A stretch of 20,000 nucleotides of DNA from an uncultured virus (IMG/VR IMGVR_UViG_3300043568_000079) (taxonomy: Duplodnaviria; Heunggongvirae; Uroviricota; Caudoviricetes): the IMG/VR virus record IMGVR_UViG_3300043568_000079, positions 54,153-74,152 of that record, one strand, 5' to 3'. The translations under genes and the position numbers were made by a program. Positions 6,330-15,441 of the stretch are shown piece by piece. Position 1 is the first letter of the stretch. Every line of letters begins with the position of its first letter. The notes below the pieces were generated by a model. That model was given only the letters and a program-made list of their open reading frames with translations. It had not been told where the DNA came from and did no database searches.

Positions 6330-8432
6330 ATGGCAGACGTAACAGGATCAATTGGTAATGAATATGTAGAGCTGAATAACGCAGCTACCGAAGCAACCTT
6401 ACGTCTACTACTTCAAGCAACATTAGCAACTACTAAAGCGCAAAAAGACGCTATTAAAGATCTAGCAACAAAAGCAGGGTTAGATCCAGCAGTCGTTGCT
6501 GCAATGAATACTAATGTTAAGCAATCAGCTGGAATATTTAGTACATTAGCTACAGTAGGCACTGCAACCGCAAATAAAATTAGAATTCTAGACAGTAGCA
6601 TCAGTCCGTTGATTAAAAGTTTAACAGACGGATCTGCACAAGTTAGCAATGTATTTGGGGCATTTGAAGCAATGCCAGGGATTCTGGGAGTTGTAGCCAC
6701 GGGCTTTAGACGACTAGCCGAGTTTCAAGAAAAGAATTTAGACATGTACCAGCAGGTGAGCACTGCTGGTGTTAACTTTGGTGGAAGTTTAACTACCCTT
6801 AGACAATCTGCATTAAACACCTACATGACATTAGATCAATTTACAAATCTAATGAAAACAAATGGCGAGACATTTTCAAAGTTGGGCGGGACTGCAAATG
6901 ACGGAGCAAAAGCATTTGTTAAAGCAAGTAATAGTTTATTGTCGAGCGATGCTGGAACAAAATTAAGAGCGTTGGGTTTTACTACTGAAGAAGTTAATCA
7001 AGGGATGCTAAACTATCTTTCTATAACAGGAGGTAGGAGTAGAGCCGAGCTACAAGATACAGCAGCATTAACAAAAAGTACCACAGTGTATTTGCAAGAG
7101 CTAGATCAGTTGGCTGCAATTACAGGCAAGAGTAGAGAAGAACAACAGAAAAAAGTAAAAGCAGAAATGGAAGAAGCAGAATTCCAACTGTTTCTTGCCA
7201 GTAAGTCAAAACCAGAACGAGAATTAATTGAACAAAATGTCAAACGTGCTACTGTACTTTACGGTAAAGGCGGAGCTGATATTGCCAAAGCCAGTGCTAT
7301 GGGAGTTGCGGTTCAAGGTGATGCTGGTAAACGATTAACAGCGACTAGTGCTAGTACCGCTGAAGCTATCCAAAGAGACCTAGCATTAAGAAGACAATTT
7401 GGAGCTCAAAGCAAAGAAGTATATGACAATGAAATTAAAGGCAGACAGTCAAACGCAAGAGATCTAGGAAGGCTAGCCGGGCCAGTAGGGTCGTTTAGTG
7501 GTGTATTGAAAGGCAATGAAGAAGCAGTTCTATTAGCTGCTCGTGATCGAGTTGCAGGAGAAAAAGAAGTAGCCGAACAATACTCAACGGCCGCAAGAGA
7601 ACGAGCAGAACGAGAAGCATCGCAGGCTAAGGCCGCAGTTGAAGCACAAAAAGCTGTTCAAGAATTTGGACAAGCTATTAATAATCTATTAGGACCTATT
7701 GTTACATTGTTAACTCCTGTTATTAACGGACTGGCAACAGGAATATCTAAACTTGTTAAAGGATTCGATGCAATTACTTTTGGTTTTGGAGGAATTGCTT
7801 TAGCGGCAGGGGCAGCGGTATTGGCTTTGAGAAAGTTAGCGGCTACTAGCGCCGCAAGTGATGCTGGCGGCACCGGCGGAGGTGGTGCAGGTGGCGGAAA
7901 AGGGATCACCGGTTCACTGGTTAAAAAATTAGGAATTGCTGGAACTGTAATCGGAGGATTAATGCTAGCAGGTGAGTTAAGTGGTATAAACGATCAAGAA
8001 AAAGCAGGATCAATTTCAGCAGGTGATGCATCAACTCAACGTGGTGGAGCAATAGGAGAAGCCGCAGGAGGATTTACTGGAGCACTTGCCGGTGCTGCTG
8101 CTGGAGGATTAATGGGTGGTCCATTGGGTGCGTTAATAGGTGGATTGATCGGCGGCTTCGGTGGCGGAACTGCTGGAAGAATGGGCGGAGAAGCATTTGC
8201 AGGTCCAAAGGCAGCAGCTGGCGCAATAATTGAATCTCCTATGAATATTAAAGTTGGAGAAGAAGAACCTGAATTAATATCACCTATTCGGTACTTTAAT
8301 AATTTGCAGTCCGAGCTATCGACGTTAAATAAGCAGACTGCTGACATGATTAGATACCTTAAAGAAACTGCTGAATACAGTAAACGTAATGTAGATGCAA
8401 CTAAATCTCTAAGCGGCAACCTTTTTAGATAA
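6330..8432 (+). CDS. tape-measure-like tail protein
   Basis: 700 aa, Ala/Gly-rich and helical; hydrophobic/Gly-zipper segments near the C-terminus; KAAAGAIIESPMNIKVGEEEPELISP resembles the AxGGxxxxP...GExGPExxxP motif common in tape measure proteins; adjacent to chaperone genes. Confidence 0.65.
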   Translation: MADVTGSIGNEYVELNNAATEATLRLLLQATLATTKAQKDAIKDLATKAGLDPAVVAAMNTNVKQSAGIFSTLATVGTATANKIRILDSSISPLIKSLTDGSAQVSNVFGAFEAMPGILGVVATGFRRLAEFQEKNLDMYQQVSTAGVNFGGSLTTLRQSALNTYMTLDQFTNLMKTNGETFSKLGGTANDGAKAFVKASNSLLSSDAGTKLRALGFTTEEVNQGMLNYLSITGGRSRAELQDTAALTKSTTVYLQELDQLAAITGKSREEQQKKVKAEMEEAEFQLFLASKSKPERELIEQNVKRATVLYGKGGADIAKASAMGVAVQGDAGKRLTATSASTAEAIQRDLALRRQFGAQSKEVYDNEIKGRQSNARDLGRLAGPVGSFSGVLKGNEEAVLLAARDRVAGEKEVAEQYSTAARERAEREASQAKAAVEAQKAVQEFGQAINNLLGPIVTLLTPVINGLATGISKLVKGFDAITFGFGGIALAAGAAVLALRKLAATSAASDAGGTGGGGAGGGKGITGSLVKKLGIAGTVIGGLMLAGELSGINDQEKAGSISAGDASTQRGGAIGEAAGGFTGALAGAAAGGLMGGPLGALIGGLIGGFGGGTAGRMGGEAFAGPKAAAGAIIESPMNIKVGEEEPELISPIRYFNNLQSELSTLNKQTADMIRYLKETAEYSKRNVDATKSLSGNLFR

Positions 8433-8438
8433 CAAATT

Positions 8439-10139
8439 ATGAGCTGGAAAAAATACTTCACCCCTGTTAATGCTTCAGGAACCCTAAGTCCTATTAGTGG
8501 TGCTCGCGGCTCTGATATGTCCAATCCTACACATAGGAATTATTCGAGTTTCTTACCTGATGTTTATTCTGGACATCCAAATCGTTTAGAACGATACGGT
8601 CAGTATGATACTATGGATGCAGACAGCGAAGTTAATGCCGCCTTGGATATTTTAGCAGAATTCTGTACACAGCAAAACGAAGAAAATGGAACACCATTTC
8701 GTGTGTTCTTCAAAGAACAAGCAACATCGACTGAAGTAAAAGTTATTAGAAAACTCATGCAACAGTGGACTAAACTAAACAAATTTCAAACAAGAATGTT
8801 TAAGATTGTTCGCAACAGTTTCAAATACGGTGATGTTTTCTTCGTACGTGATCCGGAAACACAAGCATGGATGTATATCGATCCATCTAAAGTTGATAAG
8901 ATTATTGTTAACGAATCAGAAGGCAAAAAGCCAGAACAATATATTATCCGTGACTTCAACCCAAACTTAGAAACACTGTCAACAACTGCTATTAGTCCTA
9001 CTAACATTACAGGCGGCGGTACACATTATAATAACAATTCCGGAACAGGCATGAGTCGTGGAATGACTGGTAGTTTTCCTAATACTACTGGAGGAAGTCG
9101 ATTTCAACAGAATGAAAATCAATATGCAATAGATGCAAACCATGTGATTCATATTAGCATGAGCGAAGGAATGGATAACAATCATCCATTTGGAAACAGT
9201 TTGTTAGAATCAATTTTTAAAGTTTACAAGCAGAAAGAATTGCTTGAAGATGCTATCATTATCTATCGTATTCAACGTGCTCCAGAACGCCGTGTATTCT
9301 ATATTGACGTAGGTAATATGCCAAGCCACTTGGCTATGGGCTTTGTTGAGCGAGTTAAAAATGAAGTAAATCAAAGACGCATTCCAAGCGTTACTGGCGG
9401 AAGTCAAAGTGTTATTGATGCCGGATATAATCCTTTATCTATCAACGAAGATTACTTCTTTCCACAGACAGCTGAAGGTCGAGGCAGTAAAGTTGAAGTA
9501 CTACCAGGCGGTACTAACCTAGGAGAGATTGATGATCTTAAATATTTTACTAATAAGTTGTTTAGGGCTTTACGCATTCCTAGCAGTTATCTACCTACTG
9601 GTTCCGACGACGGAGGATCTAACTTTAATGATGGTCGAGTTGGAACAGCCTATATACAAGAGTTACGATTTAACAAATACTGCGAACGACTACAAAGTTT
9701 AATGAATGAACATTTTGATACAGAATTTAAACTGTATCTGCATAACAAAGGCATCAATGTAGACAGTAATATATTTGAAGTTAAGTTCAACCCTCCACAA
9801 AACTTTGCTGCTTATCGTCAAACAGAAATGGATACTGCTCGTGTAACTACATACGGAGCAGTATCTGCAATCCCCCATTTAAGCAAGAGATTTGCTATGA
9901 AGAGATTCTTAGGTCTAACGGCAGAAGAGATGGCGGAAAACGAAACAATGTGGCGAGAAGAAAACGTAGACGAAGATACTGCACTACCTGCAAATGCTGA
10001 ATTACGAGGAGTCGGTGTTACTGCAAATGGAATGAGTGCTGATATGAGTGCTATTTCTGGTGCAACAACACCTCCTCCTGAAGCAATGCCAGGCGAAGAA
10101 ACAGCGCCCGCTCCTGGAACAACGCCACCGGCAGCATAA
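8439..10139 (+). CDS. gp20: portal vertex protein (T4 gp20-like)
   Basis: LLEDAIIIYRIQRAPERRVFYIDVGNMP, EDYFFP, LPGGTNLGEIDDLKYF, LRIPSSYL, ELRFNKYCERLQ. Confidence 0.95.
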   Translation: MSWKKYFTPVNASGTLSPISGARGSDMSNPTHRNYSSFLPDVYSGHPNRLERYGQYDTMDADSEVNAALDILAEFCTQQNEENGTPFRVFFKEQATSTEVKVIRKLMQQWTKLNKFQTRMFKIVRNSFKYGDVFFVRDPETQAWMYIDPSKVDKIIVNESEGKKPEQYIIRDFNPNLETLSTTAISPTNITGGGTHYNNNSGTGMSRGMTGSFPNTTGGSRFQQNENQYAIDANHVIHISMSEGMDNNHPFGNSLLESIFKVYKQKELLEDAIIIYRIQRAPERRVFYIDVGNMPSHLAMGFVERVKNEVNQRRIPSVTGGSQSVIDAGYNPLSINEDYFFPQTAEGRGSKVEVLPGGTNLGEIDDLKYFTNKLFRALRIPSSYLPTGSDDGGSNFNDGRVGTAYIQELRFNKYCERLQSLMNEHFDTEFKLYLHNKGINVDSNIFEVKFNPPQNFAAYRQTEMDTARVTTYGAVSAIPHLSKRFAMKRFLGLTAEEMAENETMWREENVDEDTALPANAELRGVGVTANGMSADMSAISGATTPPPEAMPGEETAPAPGTTPPAA

Positions 10140-10142
10140 ATA
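10135..10142 (+). promoter_or_regulatory. late-promoter-like CATAAATA, 5 nt before ATG
   Basis: Overlaps the portal stop; CATAAATA-TTGAT-ATG with no SD. Confidence 0.5.
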
Positions 10143-10147
10143 TTGAT

Positions 10148-10393
10148 ATGATATTACGAGAGTTCATCTATTTTAATAAAGACCATGCAGAAATGGTAGA
10201 CGATCTTCGATACAATTCGAAGAATGATACCTCAGTGCTGGGTGCCGGCGACTTGCGTAAAACAAGATTAACATTAAAAATGATTAATTCTTTACGTAAA
10301 GCAGGTGATGCAAGAGATCAAGAAAAGAAAGAAGAGTTGGCATTAGTGCGTAAAATGTATGCTGCACCTCCTCCCGATGCTGCTGCTCAGTAA
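10148..10393 (+). CDS. small hypothetical head-module protein
   Basis: 81-aa ORF between portal and core genes; MILRE start; RKTRLTLKMINSLRK. Confidence 0.75.
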   Translation: MILREFIYFNKDHAEMVDDLRYNSKNDTSVLGAGDLRKTRLTLKMINSLRKAGDARDQEKKEELALVRKMYAAPPPDAAAQ

Positions 10394-10525
10394 TACTACA
10401 AGATAATATTTTGCAACTAGAGTTAAATATTTTAGTAAAAATTGTTAAATCTCACTGAATTTTTCCTTTTTAGGTCAAGAACTGACGTTTTTAGGCCTAT
10501 TTCGTGCACCTTTAATTAACCTTAG

Positions 10526-10532
10526 TTAAATA
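10526..10532 (+). promoter_or_regulatory. late-promoter-like TTAAATA upstream of core/protease/scaffold/capsid genes
   Basis: TTAAATA at 10526-10532 (another at 10423-10429) in an AT-rich intergenic gap; AGGAGA SD before ATG 10577. Confidence 0.45.
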
Positions 10533-10576
10533 ACAACACAAAGCCTTGCCGCGAAACTAATATAGGAGATAACCGC

Positions 10577-11587
10577 ATGTCTAAGTTTGAACAACTATTA
10601 GACTTAATCGTCAATGAAGAAATGGATAAAGCTAACGAGCTATTCCATGAGATCGTTGTTGAAAAGTCAAGAGATATCTATGAGAATTTAATTGCTGAAG
10701 AAGCAGAAGAAAATGCCGACGTTGAAGAAGGTATGGACGACGATACCGACGTTGAAGAAGGTATGGACGACGATACCGACGTTGAAGAAGGTATGGACGA
10801 CGATAATACTGATGAATCTGTTGATCTAGAAGACAGCTACAGCATGGAAGCAGATGATGAAGAAGGTATGCCAGGTGAAGAAGAAACTGGTGACTTTGGT
10901 GCAGACATCGGTGCTACCGACGACGAAATGGACGGAGCCAAAGGTGGTGGAGAAGACAGCGCAATTTTTGACATCAAGAATGCGATTGCTGATCTAGAAG
11001 CTGCATTTGCTGAACTTGAAGCATCCCAAGGTGGAGACATGGGCGGCGACGAGTTTGATGACGAAGGTGGAATGGACGACATGGGCGGAGAAGAAGAGCC
11101 TATGAAGATGGGATTCCAAGAAGGCCGTCGTATGACACGTGAGTACACTGAGAAAGTTGGAAACGACTGGGAAAAGAACAGCCAGAAAGCACAAGGTCAA
11201 TACCTAGGTGCAGGTACTGGTGAGAAGGATGGCGCACCTGTTGAAGGTCGTAGCCCAATCAGTTCTGGTGCCGGCAAGCCAGTTGGTGGTAAGAATGTTG
11301 GCGCAGGCAATATTGTCCGCGGTGATACAGAAGGCCAAAGCAACACAGGCGATCGTCCAGCTAAAGTAAACAAAGGTATCAATCCTGAGTCAAGCGAAAA
11401 GTTTGCCAAAGGTATCCACAATGTTGACGGTGCAAAGAGTGGTGTTAAGACACTAAGCAACGTTAAAGGTGGCCACGGTGCTGAGAAGAAAGGTGCAGGT
11501 CCTGGACCAGTTGGTTCTGGAACAGGCGACAAAGCTGGTCAAACTAGCGTTCCTAGCATTAAGCAATTCTTAAAGCCGGCAAACTAA
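10577..11587 (+). CDS. acidic prohead core/scaffold-like protein
   Basis: Between portal and protease as T4 gp67/gp68; very D/E-rich N-half, G/K-rich C-half. Confidence 0.7.
   Translation: MSKFEQLLDLIVNEEMDKANELFHEIVVEKSRDIYENLIAEEAEENADVEEGMDDDTDVEEGMDDDTDVEEGMDDDNTDESVDLEDSYSMEADDEEGMPGEEETGDFGADIGATDDEMDGAKGGGEDSAIFDIKNAIADLEAAFAELEASQGGDMGGDEFDDEGGMDDMGGEEEPMKMGFQEGRRMTREYTEKVGNDWEKNSQKAQGQYLGAGTGEKDGAPVEGRSPISSGAGKPVGGKNVGAGNIVRGDTEGQSNTGDRPAKVNKGINPESSEKFAKGIHNVDGAKSGVKTLSNVKGGHGAEKKGAGPGPVGSGTGDKAGQTSVPSIKQFLKPAN
10716..10805 (+). repeat. three exact 30-bp tandem repeats, in frame
   Basis: CCGACGTTGAAGAAGGTATGGACGACGATA at 10716, 10746 and 10776, encoding DVEEGMDDD(T/N). Confidence 0.95.
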
Positions 11588-11600
11588 TTAGAGAACCTGG

Positions 11601-12230
11601 ATGAAACATTCTTATCTAAGAGAACACCTAAGTTTTGATCAGTCTGGCATCGTATTAGAGTCAGACGACAAGGACGGCAAGAACCTTCATTTAAAGGGTA
11701 TTGCCATTCAAGGTGGTATTCGCAACGCTAATCAACGAGTTTACCCTGTAGACGAAATTGAACGTGCTGTGAAAACATTGAACGATCAGATTCAGAATGG
11801 TTATTCTGTCTTAGGTGAAGTAGACCACCCAGATGATTTAAAAGTGAATTTGGACCGTGTCAGCCACATGATAACCAACATGTGGATGGAAGGTCCTAAC
11901 GGTTATGGCAAGTTTAAAATCTTGCCGACACCGATGGGCAACTTAATTCGTACAATGCTCGAAGCAGGTGTAAAACTTGGCGTCAGCTCTAGAGGCAGCG
12001 GAAACGTTGATGACATGAGCGGTAAAGTTTCCGACTTTGAAATCATTACCGTTGACATAGTTGCACAACCAAGCGCACCTGGTGCTTACCCTACGCCTGT
12101 GTACGAGCATTTAATGAATGCACGTGGCGGAATGAAGGCATTTAAAGTTGCACAAGAAGTAAAAGAAGATCCAAAGGCCCAGAAATATTTGCAAGAGTCT
12201 CTCATGCAAATTATTAAAGGTCTAAAATAA
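11601..12230 (+). CDS. gp21: prohead core protease (T4 gp21-like)
   Basis: NANQRVYP, LGEVDHP (His), LGVSSRGSG (Ser), DIVAQPSAPGAYP. Confidence 0.95.
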   Translation: MKHSYLREHLSFDQSGIVLESDDKDGKNLHLKGIAIQGGIRNANQRVYPVDEIERAVKTLNDQIQNGYSVLGEVDHPDDLKVNLDRVSHMITNMWMEGPNGYGKFKILPTPMGNLIRTMLEAGVKLGVSSRGSGNVDDMSGKVSDFEIITVDIVAQPSAPGAYPTPVYEHLMNARGGMKAFKVAQEVKEDPKAQKYLQESLMQIIKGLK

Positions 12231-12246
12231 GCCCGAGGAGAAATAG

Positions 12247-13335
12247 ATGTTGGACGCATTCAAACAATTGGTAGAGTCAGGTGTAATGTCAGAAGATGTA
12301 AAAGTCGCTGTCGAATCTGCCTTTGCTACAAAAATTCAAGAGAATCGCGACCAAGTGACCGCTGAACTTCGTGAAGAGTTTGCCCAGAAATACAATCATG
12401 ACAAGAGTGTTATGGTTGAGGCAATCGACAAGATGTTAAGCGACAGACTGGCCGCAGAAATGGCTGAGTTGCACAATGACAAGAAAGCACTAGCTGAAGC
12501 AAAAGAAGCATATCGTTCACGTATTGCTGAAGATGCTAAGAAGTTAGAAAAATTTGTTATTGGTCAATTAGGCAGAGAGTTAGTTGAATTCCAGAGCGAT
12601 CGTAAGACCGTTTCTGAGAACTTCAGTAAGTTAGAGCAATTTGTTGTACATGCTCTAGCAAAAGAAATCCAAGAATTTGCATCTGATAAAAAGGACCTAG
12701 CTGAAACGAAAGTTAAGTTAGTTCGTGAAGCTAAGAGCAAGTTTGATGATATCAAACAAGCATTTATTCAACGTTCCGCAAAAGTTGTCGAAGCAACTGT
12801 TACTAAGAAACTTACAAGTGAGATTACTCAGTTGAAAGAAGATATTGACAGCGCCCGCAGCAATGATTTTGGACGTAAAATTTATGAAGCGTTTGCGCAA
12901 GAGTTTGCAGGTTCCTACCTAAACGAAAAATCTGAAACAAGTAAATTGTTAAAGATTATTTCTAAGAAAGAACAAGAACTAGCAGAAGCAAAACAAACCG
13001 TAGCAGAAAAAAACAATCTAGTAGAATCTACGCAACGCGAAATTCGTGTTACAAAAGATCTAATGGAACGTAAAAATGTTATGGCTGAATTGCTATCGCC
13101 ATTAAGTGGCGAAAAAAGAGTGGTAATGCAAGACTTGTTAGAATCTGTACAAACACAGAAACTGCATAATGCATTTGAGAAATACCTACCCGCAGTAATG
13201 GAAGGCGCAAAGAAAGTAGCACTTAAAAAAGCACTAACTGAAAGCTCAGAAGTAACTGGTAACCGTGAAAGCAAGCCAGTGGTAGGCTTAGATAACATAT
13301 TAGATATCCGCAAGTTAGCGGGTCTATCGAAATAA
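12247..13335 (+). CDS. gp22: major prohead scaffolding protein (T4 gp22-like)
   Basis: Coiled-coil, E/K-rich; GRKIYEAF motif; between protease and capsid; GAGGAG SD. Confidence 0.85.
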   Translation: MLDAFKQLVESGVMSEDVKVAVESAFATKIQENRDQVTAELREEFAQKYNHDKSVMVEAIDKMLSDRLAAEMAELHNDKKALAEAKEAYRSRIAEDAKKLEKFVIGQLGRELVEFQSDRKTVSENFSKLEQFVVHALAKEIQEFASDKKDLAETKVKLVREAKSKFDDIKQAFIQRSAKVVEATVTKKLTSEITQLKEDIDSARSNDFGRKIYEAFAQEFAGSYLNEKSETSKLLKIISKKEQELAEAKQTVAEKNNLVESTQREIRVTKDLMERKNVMAELLSPLSGEKRVVMQDLLESVQTQKLHNAFEKYLPAVMEGAKKVALKKALTESSEVTGNRESKPVVGLDNILDIRKLAGLSK

Positions 13336-13358
13336 TTATATTCAAGGAGACAAATTAA

Positions 13359-14540
13359 ATGTCACAATTATTAAATGAAAGATGGTCAGAGACCAAAGAA
13401 GCTCTGCTTGAAGGCCTAACCGGTAACCGTAAGTCTTCTATGGCAGTTTGCTTAGAGAATACTCGTCGTTATTTAGGTGAGTCTGCAACAGCAGGTGCTA
13501 CAAGCACAGGTAACATTGCTACCCTGAACCGTGTTATTCTTCCAGTAATTCGTCGTGTTATGCCGACAGTTATTGCAAACGAAATCATCGGCGTTCAGCC
13601 AATGACAGGCCCAGTTGCACAGATCCATACTCTACGTGTCCGCTATGCAGACGGCGTTTCTGGTGGTGATGTTGTAACAGCAGGTGAAGAAGCACTAAGC
13701 CCATTCAAGATCGCTCAAGCGTATTCTGGTAATAATGCTTCTAACGGTGGTGCAGCAGTAACATCCGCCCTAGAAGGTACTCCAGGTAAGCGTATGAGCA
13801 TTCAGATCTTGAAGAGCCCAGTTGAAGCTAAGTCTCGTAAACTAAGCGCTCGCTGGACTTTTGAAGCTGCTCAAGATGCACAAGCTCAACAAGGCATTGA
13901 CATCGAAGCAGAAATCATGGCTGCTCTAGCACAAGAAATCACAGCTGAAATTGACCAAGAGATTCTAACAAGTCTACGTTCTTTGGCTAGTGTTGAAGAA
14001 ACATATGACCAGGCTTTAGTTTCTGGTACAGCTACATTCGTCGGTGACGAGCACGCTGCACTAGCTATCCAGATCAACCGCGTAAGCAACTTGATTGCTC
14101 AGCGTACACGTCGTGGTAGCGCAAACTGGGCAGTTGTAAGCAACCAAGCTCTAACGATCCTACAAAGTGCTACAACTTCTGCTTTTGCTCGTACTACAGA
14201 AGGTACATTCGAAGCTCCGACAAACACTAAGTTCGTTGGTACATTGAACGGTGCTATGCGTGTTTATGTTGACGCATACAAGTCTGACACAGACGACAAC
14301 AATCAGATCCTAGTTGGATACAAAGGTACAAGCGAAGCAGATGCTGCTGCGTTCTATTGCCCATACATTCCTCTAATGAGCTCTGGTGTTGTTCTTGACC
14401 CAGCAACATTTGAGCCAGTAGTTGGCTTCATGACACGTTACGGCTATGTTGAGTTGACAAACACAGCATCTAGCTTAGGTAACGCTGCTGACTACCTAGG
14501 TAAAGTTGCTATCACTAGCGCAAACGTAAGCTTCAAGTAA
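13359..14540 (+). CDS. gp23: major capsid protein (T4 gp23-like)
   Basis: GVQPMTGPVAQI, VEAKSRKLSARWTFEAAQD, EITAEIDQE, AFYCPYIPL, FEPVVGFMTRYG. Confidence 0.96.
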   Translation: MSQLLNERWSETKEALLEGLTGNRKSSMAVCLENTRRYLGESATAGATSTGNIATLNRVILPVIRRVMPTVIANEIIGVQPMTGPVAQIHTLRVRYADGVSGGDVVTAGEEALSPFKIAQAYSGNNASNGGAAVTSALEGTPGKRMSIQILKSPVEAKSRKLSARWTFEAAQDAQAQQGIDIEAEIMAALAQEITAEIDQEILTSLRSLASVEETYDQALVSGTATFVGDEHAALAIQINRVSNLIAQRTRRGSANWAVVSNQALTILQSATTSAFARTTEGTFEAPTNTKFVGTLNGAMRVYVDAYKSDTDDNNQILVGYKGTSEADAAAFYCPYIPLMSSGVVLDPATFEPVVGFMTRYGYVELTNTASSLGNAADYLGKVAITSANVSFK

Positions 14541-14567
14541 TCCGTTACTTGGTCTTATAACCACAAC

Positions 14568-14590
14568 AAACCCGCTTCGGCGGGTTTTTT
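14568..14590 (+). terminator. intrinsic terminator after the capsid gene
   Basis: AAACCCGC-TTCG-GCGGGTTTTTT: GC stem, C(UUCG)G tetraloop, U-tract. Confidence 0.9.
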
Positions 14591-14601
14591 GTTGACTATC
14601 C

Positions 14602-14609
14602 AATAAATA
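14602..14609 (+). promoter_or_regulatory. late-promoter-like AATAAATA
   Basis: Just after the capsid terminator, ~80 nt upstream of ATG 14688. Confidence 0.6.
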
Positions 14610-14611
14610 AC

Positions 14612-14666
14612 ATTGTTCGCCCTTACGGGTTTTATGCGGTACCATCCGCGTAGATCATAGAACGAT
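14612..14666 (+). promoter_or_regulatory. putative structured 5' leader (three-way junction)
   Basis: ATTGTTC/GAACGAT closing stem enclosing GCCC-TTAC-GGGT and TTTATGCGG-TACCAT-CCGCGTAGA. Confidence 0.5.
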
Positions 14667-14687
14667 CTTAACATAAGGAGAAATAAA

Positions 14688-15374
14688 ATGGGACGTCCGA
14701 TTAAAGAAAAGTTTTTTGGTAATACAAACAGCCCTTACTCTAACCAAGCACAAGGTGGAGTAACTGGCGTAGGTGGTGAAGGTGTTACAACTGTTGCACT
14801 AAACAACACAGGCACATTGTACACCACAAGTACAACACTAGGTGCAACATTTAGCGCACCTAATATTCCAGGCGGTGTTGCAGGAACTGCACAAGTTACA
14901 ACAAACGCACTAGGAAATATTGCTTCTGTTACACTTGTATCAGCAGGTACAGGTTACACCAGCGCACCAACTCTAGCAGTCACTGGCGGAACAACTGGCA
15001 CACTTGCAACATTTACCGTTGCATTAACTTCTAATAGACAAAATGCTATCAAAGGCGAAGCGTTTATCACAGGTGGATCTCAAAAGGCATTTGATATCAA
15101 GAAGCAAGAAGCTAGCAAGCGTTATCTAGTTCAAACCGCTGACGGTCAAGGTCAGTGCAAGTTAGTAACAACTGCTACACTAGCCGCAAAAGAAATGAAT
15201 ATTGTTGCTACTGACTGGAATGGCAGTACATACTGGGTTAGAAAACTAACTGCACGTAGAGCAGTTCTAGTTCAGTCTACTGCATCTGGTAGTTTCTTAA
15301 TTACTAACGGTGCATCTACTGGATGGACATTAGGTTCTTCAACAGGAACTATTGTTACTATTGGCAACAACTAA
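14688..15374 (+). CDS. probable virion structural/decoration protein
   Basis: Thr/Gly-rich beta-type sequence with VTLVSAGTGYTSAPTLAVTGG, a GxGYTxAP motif common in phage structural proteins; TAAGGAG SD; follows the capsid gene. Confidence 0.65.
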   Translation: MGRPIKEKFFGNTNSPYSNQAQGGVTGVGGEGVTTVALNNTGTLYTTSTTLGATFSAPNIPGGVAGTAQVTTNALGNIASVTLVSAGTGYTSAPTLAVTGGTTGTLATFTVALTSNRQNAIKGEAFITGGSQKAFDIKKQEASKRYLVQTADGQGQCKLVTTATLAAKEMNIVATDWNGSTYWVRKLTARRAVLVQSTASGSFLITNGASTGWTLGSSTGTIVTIGNN

Positions 15375-15395
15375 ACACTTAATATAGTGTTATCT

Positions 15396-15426
15396 AATAG
15401 GGGGTTTATGCCCCCTATTCTTTTAT
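15396..15426 (+). terminator. intrinsic terminator
   Basis: AATAGGGGG-TTTATG-CCCCCTATT followed by CTTTTAT. Confidence 0.75.
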
Positions 15427-15441
15427 ATGGTAAATAAGAGT

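Noticed and set aside
10716..10805. 30-bp repeats as a CRISPR array
   Set aside because: Directly tandem with no spacers, in frame inside a gene, and no cas genes in the window.
8439..14540. Introns or inteins in portal, protease or capsid genes
   Set aside because: ORFs are continuous, of ordinary or short length, with no intein or homing-endonuclease insertions visible.
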